32,000 nucleotides of DNA. It comes from Candidatus Saganbacteria bacterium (GTDB lineage Bacteria; Margulisbacteria; WOR-1; JAKLHX01). Below, in pieces: positions 1 to 9,510 of the stretch (position 1 is its first letter; the number at the start of each line of letters is the position of its first letter). Where the stretch lies: the NCBI GenBank assembly GCA_026387835.1, contig JAPLKZ010000012.1, positions 4,932 through 36,931 of the forward strand. The letters are read 5' to 3'. The notes beneath the pieces are model-generated. The model was not told the DNA's origin. It saw only the letters and a program-made list of their open reading frames with translations, and ran no database searches. The position numbers were made by a program, and so were the translations under genes.

Positions 1-189
1 TTCATCTCCCTGATAGACAAGAAAAAGAAATATCTTGATGAGTTCGAGATACTGGTGATCCCGACCACTTATTTTATCGACAGGGACGGGATACTTAAGA
101 ATCAGTACGTGTCTTTTGATGATATCGTCATGGCATCTATGACTGCTGACGTTAGTCTTCTGCTGGCGCCTAAAAAGTCCGAGGAATAA
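1..189 (+). CDS. C-terminal fragment of a thioredoxin/AhpC-TSA-like protein (5' end outside window)
   Basis: Open frame 1 reads FISLIDKKKKYLDEFEILVIPTTYFIDRDGILKNQYVSFDDIVMASMTADVSLLLAPKKSEE then TAA at 187-189; the 'PTTYFIDRDG' motif is typical of TlpA/ResA-like thioredoxin folds. Confidence 0.6.
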   Translation, partial: FISLIDKKKKYLDEFEILVIPTTYFIDRDGILKNQYVSFDDIVMASMTADVSLLLAPKKSEE

Positions 190-195
190 CCTTCT

Positions 196-1384
196 TTATT
201 CGTATCTCAGCGCATCTATAGGGTCCAGGTTCACCGCTCTCATCGCCGGATAAACACCCGAGACTACTCCGATACCTACAGAAACGCTGCATGCCAGTGT
301 GAGCGCCCAAATGACCACAACCATCTCGAGTTTTATCACATACATTATCACGAACGTTCCCGCTAGTCCCAGGACGATCCCCAGCAGCCCTCCGAAAAAC
401 TACCGATTCGACAAGAAATTGGATAAAGATATCGGTCTTTTTTGCTCCGACGGCTTTCCTGATGCCGATCTCTTTCGTCCTTTCGGTCACGGACACCAGC
501 ATGATGTTCATTATGCCGATCCCGCCAACGAGAAGCGAGATCGCGGCTATCCCGCCTATTATCGTGGTAAGCATCCCGATAATGTTGTTCAGCATGTTCA
601 TCATGCCTTCCTGCGTCGTTATGTGATAATCGTCTTTGGCCAGTTCAGTTTCAAGCGCCCTGTCTATCTCATCTATAGCCTTTGGCACGAGCTCCTGGGT
701 TTTTGCCGCGATGTCTATCTCAATGACCCCCTTAGTATTAAAAAGGCTCATGGCTGAAAAGATAGGAAGCACCGCTATATCATCCATATCAAAAGTGAGC
801 ATCTTTCCTTTTTCCGCGAAAAGCCCGATTACTGTATATTTTCTGCCGTTTATCTTTATTTTTTCCCCTACCGGATCAAAATTGCCTAAAAGTTCCTTCG
901 CGACCTTTTTCCCCAGGATAACGACTTTCCTGCTTCCATCCATCTCTCCCTTTGTAAAGAACCTGCCGCTTACTATCTTATGGTTAAAGACCTTCTGGTA
1001 ATTATCGGTCGTACCCCAGGCCTGATTGATCCTGTATTCTCTTTTTCCGTATCTTGCCTTCGCTGTACCTGACACTATAGGTACAACTTCTGATACCGAC
1101 GGGCAGCGGCCGGCTATTATCATCGCGTGTTTGTATTTGATCTTATTATCCAGATAAGCCGACATATCTCCCTGGTTTTTCCCGGGATTTATCTGCATGA
1201 CATTCGGCCCCATTCCCCACGACTCCACCTGCGCGACCACATATAGTTTTGCGGCCTCGCCTATCGCCACAAGGACTATCACTGCAGCTATTCCTATCAC
1301 GACACCAAGCATGGTCAGAGCTGATCTTGTTTTATTTGCCCTTATGGACCTTACAGCCATAAGGATGCTGTCAATGAAATTCAT
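196..1384 (-). CDS. macB: MacB-type ABC transporter permease (FtsX-like), apparent frameshift near 391-400
   Basis: N-terminal FtsX/MacB pattern (SIRANKTRSALTMLGVVIGIAAVI; GGIGIMNIMLVSVTERTKEIGIRKAVGA). The provided ORF loses the expected C-terminus, but another minus frame gives GGLLGIVLGLAGTFVIMYVIKLEMVVVIWALTLACSVSVGIGVVSGVYPAMRAVNLDPIDALRYE ending at 196. Confidence 0.85.
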
Positions 1385-2073
1385 TTTGTTTTTCTGTCCT
1401 CGAGAATCTTCCCGTCAAAAAGCCGCACCAGTCTGCCGCTGTAACCAGCGATGTTCTGGTCATGTGTCACCATCAGTATCGTGACGCCCTGGCCATTTAG
1501 GCCTTCAAATATCTTCATCACGTCGGCACCTGATTTGCTGTCGAGGTTGCCTGTCGGCTCATCCGCCAAAATTATCGAAGGGCCATTTACTATCGCTCTT
1601 GCTATCGCAACTCTCTGCTTTTCTCCTCCCGATATCTGGTTTGGCAAAAATCCTTCCCTGTGCTGCATCCCGACGGAAGCGAGCGCTTTTTCCGCTTTTC
1701 TTTTTCTTTCGGCCCTGGGCAGGCCGCTATATATAAGCGGAAGCTCGACATTCTCAAGAGATGTCATCCTCGGCAGGAGGTTGAAGGTCTGAAATACAAA
1801 ACCGATTTTTTTGTTCCTGACTTCCGCCAGGCCCGGATCTGAAAGAGACGAGACATCCACGCCGTCAAGGACGATAGAGCCGCTTGACGGCCTGTCGAGG
1901 CAGCCGATAAGGTTCATGAGTGTGGATTTGCCGCATCCGGAGGGGCCCATTATCGAGACGAACTCCCCTTTTGAGACTGAAAAATCGATGTCAAACAGTA
2001 CAGGGACTTCCAGAGTTTCCAGATGGTAAGTCTTGTTTACGTCCTTTATACAGACAACACAATTTTCGCCCAT
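1381..2073 (-). CDS. MacB/LolD-type ABC transporter ATPase
   Basis: Walker A GPSGCGKST, signature ISGGEKQRVAIARA, Walker B SIILADEPTGNLD; 4-bp overlap with the permease. Confidence 0.93.
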   Translation of the reverse strand: MGENCVVCIKDVNKTYHLETLEVPVLFDIDFSVSKGEFVSIMGPSGCGKSTLMNLIGCLDRPSSGSIVLDGVDVSSLSDPGLAEVRNKKIGFVFQTFNLLPRMTSLENVELPLIYSGLPRAERKRKAEKALASVGMQHREGFLPNQISGGEKQRVAIARAIVNGPSIILADEPTGNLDSKSGADVMKIFEGLNGQGVTILMVTHDQNIAGYSGRLVRLFDGKILEDRKTK

Positions 2074-2077
2074 GATT

Positions 2078-3064
2078 TTATTTGTTGCCGTTCTTTTCTA
2101 TTTTTATCCGGGATCCGTTCTTCAATTTGTCCAAATTTGTCACGGTTACGAGGTCTTTTTCTTTCAGCCCGTTTTTGACCTCGACGTTTTCGCTGTCCTT
2201 AAGGCCGATAGTGACGACAGTCTCTTTTGCACCGCCTTTCTTTATCAAATAGACCTCTTGTTTATCTTCTTTAGAAAAAACCGCTTCCCTCGGAATGATA
2301 AGGATGCCGTTTTTTTTCTCAGTCACGATATCCGCGCTGATCGTCATGCCGATCTTCAGCTTGTAGGCCCGGTCGTCAAAGGAAACTTTTCCCCTGAAGA
2401 TCTTGTCCTCTTCGTCAAGTTTGATCCTGCCTCCGACCTTTTTCAGTTCCGCTTCCTCGCCTATATTGGCCAGTTTGCCTGTAAACACTTCATTTGGGTA
2501 CGCGTCGCAGAAAATATTTACGGCCTGCCCCACCTTCACATCACCGACATCCGATTCATCTATCTGGACCTCCGCGTAAGATGACATCGGATCGACCACC
2601 GATATGAACGCCATACCCGGGGAAAGAGATTCTCCGACTTTATTTGCCACAAGAGTGGCAATGCCGTTTATAGGAGAGATAAAACACGAGTTTTCATATT
2701 GGATCTTCGCAAGATCGAGCTGGTTCTTTGACGCGAGCCCCGACTCAAAAAGGTTTTTTATGTTGTCATATTCCCTGAATGCCGTATCATAGTTATCCAT
2801 TTTCGCGAGCACCCGGCCTTTTTTGACCGCATCGCCTTCTTTCACGCCTATCCAGCCGATGCTCCCGATAGTCTTGCTGCTCAGAGAAGCTGTCGTACCC
2901 TTGATCTCTCCCGAAACATTGACAGCAGGAATTATCTCTCCTATTTTTACTTCAAATACTTTTATGCTGACAAGGCTTCCAAAATATACTTTGATACCCC
3001 AGACGACTATGATCAGCGCCAGTATCCCTGCCACCCATCTGAGCCATTTATATTTCTTGAACAC
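2078..3064 (-). CDS. Periplasmic adaptor (MacA/RND membrane-fusion-like)
   Basis: N-terminal TM, biotinyl-lipoyl-like segments (GEIIPAVNVSGEIKG, VKEGDAVKKGRVLAKMDNYDTA) and a beta-barrel region. The ORF track starts at TTG 3097; the GTG at 3062-3064 (VFKKYKW) has an AAAGGAG ribosome-binding site. Confidence 0.85.
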   Translation of the reverse strand: MFKKYKWLRWVAGILALIIVVWGIKVYFGSLVSIKVFEVKIGEIIPAVNVSGEIKGTTASLSSKTIGSIGWIGVKEGDAVKKGRVLAKMDNYDTAFREYDNIKNLFESGLASKNQLDLAKIQYENSCFISPINGIATLVANKVGESLSPGMAFISVVDPMSSYAEVQIDESDVGDVKVGQAVNIFCDAYPNEVFTGKLANIGEEAELKKVGGRIKLDEEDKIFRGKVSFDDRAYKLKIGMTISADIVTEKKNGILIIPREAVFSKEDKQEVYLIKKGGAKETVVTIGLKDSENVEVKNGLKEKDLVTVTNLDKLKNGSRIKIEKNGNK

Positions 3065-3096
3065 TAATTTATCTCCTTTCAAATAATCCTTCCGCA

Positions 3097-3120
3097 ATTA
3101 GTCATTCGTCATTAGTCATT
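3097..3120. repeat. Short direct repeat ATTAGTCATT-CGTC-ATTAGTCATT
   Basis: Two exact 10-bp copies, 3097-3106 and 3111-3120, in the gap between the adaptor and the ABC-2 permease. Confidence 0.8.
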
Positions 3121-3131
3121 TCTTTGTTGTT

Positions 3132-4265
3132 TTACCCTATCTTTTTCCTGAACCTCCTCACCGCAAAAATGAAGATCGCGCTTCCGAGGACAAAAAGCAT
3201 CAGGATATCTTTCCATAGATATTGTAGCCCGATCCCCTTTAGAAAAATACCTCTGACAATATTAAGAAAATATCTCAAGGGTATTATATATGTAAATATC
3301 TGAATAATGAAAGGCATATTCGCGATCGGGAAAATGAATCCCGATAAAAGGATGGACGGTAAAATGATAAAGATCAGCGTCAGGACTGTCTGCTGCATCG
3401 TGTTAGATATCGTAGATATCATAAGACCGATTCCGAGGCTCGCTATAATATAAATAGCGCATAAGGCCAAAAGCAAATATATATTCCCTAATATCGGCAC
3501 CCTGAACCAGAGGACGCTGATAAATATCACAAGTATCACGTCGATAAAACCGAGTATGATGAACGGCGCCATCTTGCCCGCCATCAGTTCCCACGGTCTT
3601 ATCGGGGAAACGATCAGCTGTTCCATCGTCCCGTATTCCTTTTCTTTTACTATGGAGACAGCGGTCAGGAGCGAAGTCAGTATCGTCAAAAGCACGGCGA
3701 TTATTCCGGGCACCATGTAGTTGACGCTCTTCATTTCCTGGTTATGGAACACACGGACCCGCGCGTCGATCACATTTAAGCGGTCCGTCATCCTTTTCAT
3801 TGCCTTTAACCTGTCATTCAATATCTTCGTCACGTTCTCAAAGACGATGCCGTTAATATAAGCCAGCGCGATGCCCGCGGAATTTGAATTTGTGCCGTCC
3901 AATATGAACTGTACCCGGGACTGACGGCCTGAGATTATGTTCTTTGAAAAGTCCGGAGGTATATTTATCGCAACCTGTGCTCTTCCGCTGTCTATAGTAC
4001 GTTTTTCTTCATCCGGGCTCTTAGCATTGCTGACGATCCTGAAATAGGTCGAGTTCGAGAAACTTGAGATGAACTGCCGGCTTAAATAGCTCTGGTCGCG
4101 GTCAAAAACTGCCGTATTGATATTTCTAAGGTCAAGTGTCGCGACATATCCGAACACCAGGAGCTGGATTATCGGCGCAAGTATCACGGCTCCTATCAGC
4201 CTTTTATCTCTGAAGAGCTGGATGAACTCTTTCCTTATTATATGGACCAGCCTTGAATCAAGCAT
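3132..4265 (-). CDS. ABC-2 type permease (YbhR/YbhS-like)
   Basis: HIIRKEFIQLFRDKRLIGAVILAPIIQLLVFGYVATLD N-terminus, large extracytoplasmic loop, EKEYGTMEQLIVSPIRPWELMAGKMAPF motif. Confidence 0.9.
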   Translation of the reverse strand: MLDSRLVHIIRKEFIQLFRDKRLIGAVILAPIIQLLVFGYVATLDLRNINTAVFDRDQSYLSRQFISSFSNSTYFRIVSNAKSPDEEKRTIDSGRAQVAINIPPDFSKNIISGRQSRVQFILDGTNSNSAGIALAYINGIVFENVTKILNDRLKAMKRMTDRLNVIDARVRVFHNQEMKSVNYMVPGIIAVLLTILTSLLTAVSIVKEKEYGTMEQLIVSPIRPWELMAGKMAPFIILGFIDVILVIFISVLWFRVPILGNIYLLLALCAIYIIASLGIGLMISTISNTMQQTVLTLIFIILPSILLSGFIFPIANMPFIIQIFTYIIPLRYFLNIVRGIFLKGIGLQYLWKDILMLFVLGSAIFIFAVRRFRKKIG

Positions 4266-5408
4266 TTAATCAAGCCTCTTTCTGAACCTTTTTGCCGACA
4301 GCGCTATCATTATGCACCCGAATATGACAAGCATAAGAGTGTCGGGCCAAAGATATTCTATCCCGATGCCTTTCATGAATATCCCGCGCAGTATCGTCAG
4401 GAAATATCTGGCGGGGACTAAATATGTTATTAACTGAACCATGTATGGCATACCTTCTATCGGAAAAACAAAACCCGAAAGAAGGATCGACGGCAGCATT
4501 GTCGTCATCATGCCGATGATCACCGCGTTCTCCTGTTTATCGGAAATAGTCGATATCAGCAGACCGAGACCGAGAGAGCCGAAAATGAATATAGCCGATT
4601 CAATGAACAGGAACAGAAGGTCTCCCCTGATCGGGACCTTGAACACCACCGCACCGAAAGAAACGCATAAGAGGACGTCCAGAAAACCGATCAGGACATA
4701 AGGGAGAAGCTTCCCTGTCATTATCTCGACAGGCCTTATCGATGTCGCAATAAGCTGCTCCATCGTGCCCCTTGTCTTTTCGCTGACAATAGAAAGAGAA
4801 GTTATCAGCGCGGCAAGGATCATCAGCACCATGGAAATTATGCCGGGGACAAGGAAGTTCATGCTCCTGAGCGATTCGTTGTACCAGACTCTTGTCTTGG
4901 CATCTATCGGGATCAGGGACTGTGCATCCTTCATTCCGGACCTCGACAGACTAGTTATCAGGATTGATTTTGTATAGTCCTGAAGGATGCCGTTGATATA
5001 ACCTATAGAGACGGTGGCTGTATTTGCATCGGCCCCGTCAAGTATGACCTGAACCTGCGCTTTCTTTCCCGAAAGGACTCTGCCTGAAAAACCGTTGTCA
5101 AAGTTTATTATAAGATTGGCTTTCCCGCTCAGAAAATATTTTTCTGCGTCCTTGTAGCTGTCGACGCAGGCTATCACGTTGAAATATCTTGAGGCCTCGA
5201 ATTTCCTTACTATCTCCCTTGTCATTGGTTTATTATCCATATCGCGGACCACGGTCGGGATGTTCTTGATATCAAAGGTCAGAGCGTAACCGTACAGTAT
5301 CAGCATCACTATCGGCAGAGCGAACGTGATAAGGAGCGTCCTCGTGTCCCTCACGATGTGAAGGAATTCTTTTCGCATTATCGATACTATTCTTCTGATA
5401 TCTATCAT
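4266..5408 (-). CDS. ABC-2 type permease (YbhR/YbhS-like), paralog of previous
   Basis: IMRKEFLHIVRDTRTLLITFALPIVMLILYGYAL and EKTRGTMEQLIATSIRPVEIMTGKLLPY; directly abuts the 3132..4265 ORF. Confidence 0.9.
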   Translation of the reverse strand: MIDIRRIVSIMRKEFLHIVRDTRTLLITFALPIVMLILYGYALTFDIKNIPTVVRDMDNKPMTREIVRKFEASRYFNVIACVDSYKDAEKYFLSGKANLIINFDNGFSGRVLSGKKAQVQVILDGADANTATVSIGYINGILQDYTKSILITSLSRSGMKDAQSLIPIDAKTRVWYNESLRSMNFLVPGIISMVLMILAALITSLSIVSEKTRGTMEQLIATSIRPVEIMTGKLLPYVLIGFLDVLLCVSFGAVVFKVPIRGDLLFLFIESAIFIFGSLGLGLLISTISDKQENAVIIGMMTTMLPSILLSGFVFPIEGMPYMVQLITYLVPARYFLTILRGIFMKGIGIEYLWPDTLMLVIFGCIMIALSAKRFRKRLD

Positions 5409-6127
5409 CTTTTCACCGCGCTGATAAAAACATCATCTAAGCTAGTCTTGTTATAAGTCGTTTTTAATTGGCCGGGACTGCCGCCCGCTACTATCACTCC
5501 GTCAGAGATAAGAGCGATATTATTGCAATGTTCCGCTTCGTCCATGTAATGGGTCGTCACGAGTATGGTCGTTCCCTCTTCCGAAAGTTTATAGATGAGC
5601 CTCCAGAAATTCCTTCTTGAAACCGGATCGACACCGGATGTCGGCTCGTCCAAAAATAATATTTTAGGGTTATGTATCACGGCGCATCCAAGGGCAAGCC
5701 TCTGTTTCCATCCTCCTGAAAGATTTGCCGTAAGCTCATCCTCGCGGCCGGAAAGCCCCGCCATCCCTATCATCTCTTTTTTTCTTTTTTCGCGCCCCGT
5801 TTTGAGCGTCTGATATATTCCCGCGTAAAAGTCGAGGTTCTCGGAAACGGTAAGGTCCTCATACAACGAGAACTTCTGCGACATGTAGCCGATATTCTCT
5901 TTTATCTTTTCGCTCTCTTTGTTTATATCAAATCCGCCCACGCTGCCAGTCCCTGCCGTAGGCTCGAGTATCCCGCACAGCATCCTTATAGTCGTGGATT
6001 TGCCCGCGCCGTTAGGCCCTAGAAAGCCGAATATCTCGCCTTTCTTAACTTTAAAGCTGACCTTATCCACCGCGGTGAAATCACCGAACTTCTTAGTAAG
6101 ATCCTCAACGATTATAGAATTTTCCAT
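5405..6127 (-). CDS. ABC transporter ATPase (ABC-2 class)
   Basis: Walker A GPNGAGKST, signature LSGGWKQRLALG, Walker B ILFLDEPTSGVD, H-loop TTHYMDEAEHC. Confidence 0.93.
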   Translation of the reverse strand: MENSIIVEDLTKKFGDFTAVDKVSFKVKKGEIFGFLGPNGAGKSTTIRMLCGILEPTAGTGSVGGFDINKESEKIKENIGYMSQKFSLYEDLTVSENLDFYAGIYQTLKTGREKRKKEMIGMAGLSGREDELTANLSGGWKQRLALGCAVIHNPKILFLDEPTSGVDPVSRRNFWRLIYKLSEEGTTILVTTHYMDEAEHCNNIALISDGVIVAGGSPGQLKTTYNKTSLDDVFISAVKR

Positions 6128-7026
6128 TATTTCATCATCCAGACGAATACGTCCTCCAGGCTCGGTTCTATCTGCCTTATCTCGCAGACATCTATGGACC
6201 TTTCTTTTAACAGGGCTTCGATCCTGGGTATATCGCCTGCCGCGTTGTCAGAGACTATATGCAGCCTGTCGCCGAATACTTCAAAAGAATATTTGTTTTC
6301 CAAATGCCTTGCGGCAGGTCTTATCTGGTCGCAGAGAAGCTCGATTATCTGCTTTTCCATCTTCTTTTTTATCTCATCCGGAGTCCCTTCTGTCAGTATC
6401 TTTCCGCTGTGGATCAAAGCCACCCTGTCGCACATCTCGGCTTCGTCCATATACGGTGTCGTGACAAAAACCGTGACAGCGGGGACAAGTAACTTGATTA
6501 TCTGCCAGAACTCCCTGCGCGATATCGGGTCCACGCCGGTGGTCGGCTCGTCGAGAAAAAGGACCTTCGGAGTGTGTATTAGGGTGCAAGCCAGGGCTAA
6601 TTTTTGTTTCATCCCGCCTGAAAGTTTCTGCGCGGGCCTGTCCTTGAATTTTTCAAGCCTGCTGAACTCAAGAAGCTCCTTTTTGCGTTTTTCCACTTCT
6701 TGTCGCGGCACAAGATGGATATCGGCAAAAAAATCAAGGTTCTCTTCCACCGAAAGGTCGCCGTATAAACTGAACTTCTGCGACATGTAGCCGATGGAAT
6801 CTTTTACCTTTTCGGACTCTTTTGCGACATCTATACCAAGAAGGCTTGCCGAACCTCCGTCTATCTTATACAGACCGCAGAGAAGTCTTATTGTGGTCGT
6901 CTTCCCGCCTCCGTCAGGACCTATAAGGCCGAAGATCACGCCCGAGGGGACGTTTAGATCGAGGTTGTTGACTGCTATTGTATTTTTAAATTTTTTGGTG
7001 AGGTTCTTAGTTTGTATAGCATACAT
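6127..7026 (-). CDS. ABC transporter ATPase (YbhF-half-like)
   Basis: Walker A GPDGGGKTT, signature LSGGMKQKLALAC, Walker B VLFLDEPTTGVD; H-loop position reads TTPYMDEAEMC. Confidence 0.92.
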   Translation of the reverse strand: MYAIQTKNLTKKFKNTIAVNNLDLNVPSGVIFGLIGPDGGGKTTTIRLLCGLYKIDGGSASLLGIDVAKESEKVKDSIGYMSQKFSLYGDLSVEENLDFFADIHLVPRQEVEKRKKELLEFSRLEKFKDRPAQKLSGGMKQKLALACTLIHTPKVLFLDEPTTGVDPISRREFWQIIKLLVPAVTVFVTTPYMDEAEMCDRVALIHSGKILTEGTPDEIKKKMEKQIIELLCDQIRPAARHLENKYSFEVFGDRLHIVSDNAAGDIPRIEALLKERSIDVCEIRQIEPSLEDVFVWMMK

Positions 7027-7052
7027 ATTTAGATCGTTCTGCCCTCAACCGC

Positions 7053-7907
7053 TCATTTTTTCAGTTCTATCACGGCGTCCGCCGGCATCCCCGGTTTTAA
7101 CCGGAGACTTTCGTTAGGGATCTTCACCTTCACCTCAAATACTTGGTTCACCCTTTCCTCTTTTGTCTGTATGTTCTTCGGGGTGAACTCTGCCTTGCTC
7201 GCGATATATTCCACACTGCCGTAGAACTTTTCATGCGGGAAAGAATCAACGCTTAAAGCCACTTTGTCGCCCAGATCTATCTTCCCCACCTCTTTCTCCG
7301 TCACGTAAAGTTTTAGTTCAAGGGAGCGCAGGTCAGCCACTGTCACGATCGTAGAGCCCGGGCTAACAAGCTCTCCTTTTTCAACAGCCTTAACCAAGAC
7401 TATCCCATCTACGGGAGAGACGATCGAAGCGTCGCCGAACTGCGACTGAGCAGTCTCAAGTGCCGCTTCGGCCTGCAAAAGGCCGTTGCTTGCTGAATCA
7501 GCGGCTGTATTTGCGTTGTCATACTGCTGACGAGTGGCCATCCCGTCTTCATATAGTTTTGAGATCCTTACAAAATCAGCCTGTGCGGTCTGCGACCTGG
7601 ACTCTGCCGCATCTTGTCCTGCCTTCGCTGAACGGAGAGCAGCAGTGATCTCAGGAATATCGATCTTAGCGATAGGATCTCCGGTCTTCACATTGCTCCC
7701 CTCGTCCACATATCTTTCAAGCACCCTGCCTGAGACTTTCGAGCCTACCTGCACTTCTATAGCCTCAATAGTGCCTGAAGCTGATATGACCCCCCTGTTG
7801 ATGAACGCAATAATAAAGGCCCATGAATAATAGAGTACGATGCATAAGATGACGGCAGCCGCAATAGCAACTATCCTTTTTTTCTTTAGATCTTCATTTC
7901 CATTCAT
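7053..7907 (-). CDS. HlyD-type periplasmic adaptor (YbhG-like)
   Basis: Single N-terminal TM, SGTIEAIEVQVGSKVSGRVLERYVDEGSNVKTGDPIAKID, coiled-coil hairpin, second lipoyl half SPVDGIVLVKAVEKGELVSPGSTI. Confidence 0.9.
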   Translation of the reverse strand: MNGNEDLKKKRIVAIAAAVILCIVLYYSWAFIIAFINRGVISASGTIEAIEVQVGSKVSGRVLERYVDEGSNVKTGDPIAKIDIPEITAALRSAKAGQDAAESRSQTAQADFVRISKLYEDGMATRQQYDNANTAADSASNGLLQAEAALETAQSQFGDASIVSPVDGIVLVKAVEKGELVSPGSTIVTVADLRSLELKLYVTEKEVGKIDLGDKVALSVDSFPHEKFYGSVEYIASKAEFTPKNIQTKEERVNQVFEVKVKIPNESLRLKPGMPADAVIELKK

Positions 7908-9462
7908 AACTATTGACCTCCAATACCTGCCCTGCCATCATATAGGTGACCATGTCTTTTTTCAGGGTCCCTGATATTTTTATGTCTTTTTTTCCGGTTT
8001 TTGCGCCGCTGATTATATCTTCTGCAGGTTTACCGGTCAGGACATAGGACCTCCCGTCATCAGACAGGAAGCTATAAAAACCGCCCTCGAGGTCTACATA
8101 CTTCATCTGACCGTTAAGAATAAGAAGTTCTCTGGTGATCAGGGCGGTGTTCTTATCCAGAAGCCCGGTCGCTCTTTCGATGCCGAGCCGTGCCAGTTCC
8201 AGATCAAACCCGGCAGACATCAGATCTATCTCCGCCTGAGTAAGGGATGTCTGGGCGTCAAGGACCTCGATATTGGTGGCAAGGCCGTTCTTATATCTTA
8301 TTTCCGCGATATTAAAGTTTTCTCTCGCGCTGTCGATTCCGGCAGTCGCGCTCTCAAGCATTTCTTTTGCCGCTTCCCAGTTCAAATATGCCTGCTTCAC
8401 GTCAAACTCAACCGCTTTTCTTGTCATCTCCCTGCCCGCGATCGAAGAATCAAGATTTGCCTGAGCTTCTTTTATTTTGCTCTGCGTCGAGAAGCCGTTA
8501 AAGATAGTCCATGTCGCTGCTCCGGCTACCTGCCAGTTCCTTGCGTCATAATTTAGGTCCGCAACATCATAATCATTGTTGCTCCACTGATAGTAGCCCT
8601 GAAGATTGACTGATGGCATCCACTGCGACACTGCAAGGCCTCTGTTCCTGGCAGAGATCTCGACCGAACCTTTCACCTGTTTCCAGTCCGGCCTGTTTGT
8701 GAACGCATCTGTCAGCATCTGTTTGTAGCTGTATTCTTTGCCTTCATAACCGGAGGAAAGATCGACATCTTCCACATCTATCTCTTCCCCGATAGCTCTG
8801 CCAATTGAAGTATTAAAGGCAGCTTTCCCGACTTCAAGGCCGTTATTTGCCTTAATAAGGGATTGCTTTGCCCGGGAGACGGAAACCTCACTTCTCAAAG
8901 TATCCGCACGGGTTGCCATCCCTACTTTAAGCATCTTTTTTGTCTGGTCAAGATGAGCTGTGGCCATTTCAAGTGATTCATTTGACAGTTGTACGGACTT
9001 CTTGGCCTTAAGATAATTGAAATACGCCTGTGCGACATTGTAGATGCAGTCCTGTAAAGCTTTTCTTAAGTCTTCACGCGCTGATTTTGCGTTTTCCATT
9101 GCTATCGCCAGAGTATTCTCGTTTTTTCCGAAAGTAAAAATGCTCTGCTGGAAACTTGCCTGCCAACCCTTTAACGCGCTCACGTCATCTATACCCATCA
9201 CCAAAGGTGTGTTCAGGATCATTGTCTTTATAGGAGCCTGATAATTCCTGGCATAATTAGCTGACAACGTTACTGAAGGCAGATACGAAGAAAATGACTC
9301 GCTGACTCTTGCGCTCGCGGCATCAGCTTTTCTCTGGACGATCACGACATTGTCGTTGTTCTTCAGCGCGATATCGATGCTTTCTTTAAGATTAAGTGAA
9401 AAGGAGGGGGATGAAAATAACAAGAAGACCGAAATCAGACTAAAAATAACCCCTCTCTTCAT
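7894..9462 (-). CDS. TolC-family outer membrane efflux protein with extra C-terminal segment
   Basis: Signal peptide, NVVIVQRKADAASARVSESFSSYLPSVTLSANY and internal TolC repeat (NFNIAEIRYKNGLATNIEVLDAQTSLTQAEIDL), followed by about 85 aa beyond the usual end. Confidence 0.9.
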   Translation of the reverse strand: MKRGVIFSLISVFLLFSSPSFSLNLKESIDIALKNNDNVVIVQRKADAASARVSESFSSYLPSVTLSANYARNYQAPIKTMILNTPLVMGIDDVSALKGWQASFQQSIFTFGKNENTLAIAMENAKSAREDLRKALQDCIYNVAQAYFNYLKAKKSVQLSNESLEMATAHLDQTKKMLKVGMATRADTLRSEVSVSRAKQSLIKANNGLEVGKAAFNTSIGRAIGEEIDVEDVDLSSGYEGKEYSYKQMLTDAFTNRPDWKQVKGSVEISARNRGLAVSQWMPSVNLQGYYQWSNNDYDVADLNYDARNWQVAGAATWTIFNGFSTQSKIKEAQANLDSSIAGREMTRKAVEFDVKQAYLNWEAAKEMLESATAGIDSARENFNIAEIRYKNGLATNIEVLDAQTSLTQAEIDLMSAGFDLELARLGIERATGLLDKNTALITRELLILNGQMKYVDLEGGFYSFLSDDGRSYVLTGKPAEDIISGAKTGKKDIKISGTLKKDMVTYMMAGQVLEVNSYEWK

Positions 9463-9510
9463 CAGGATCCTCCCAAATTTAAGAACTGATAACTATTGAA
9501 TGATGCTATA

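Noticed and set aside
6194-6790. 198-aa plus-strand ORF, and similar ORFs at 5919..6464 and 2033..2584
   Set aside because: Antisense to well-supported ABC transporter genes, with no independent start signals or motifs.
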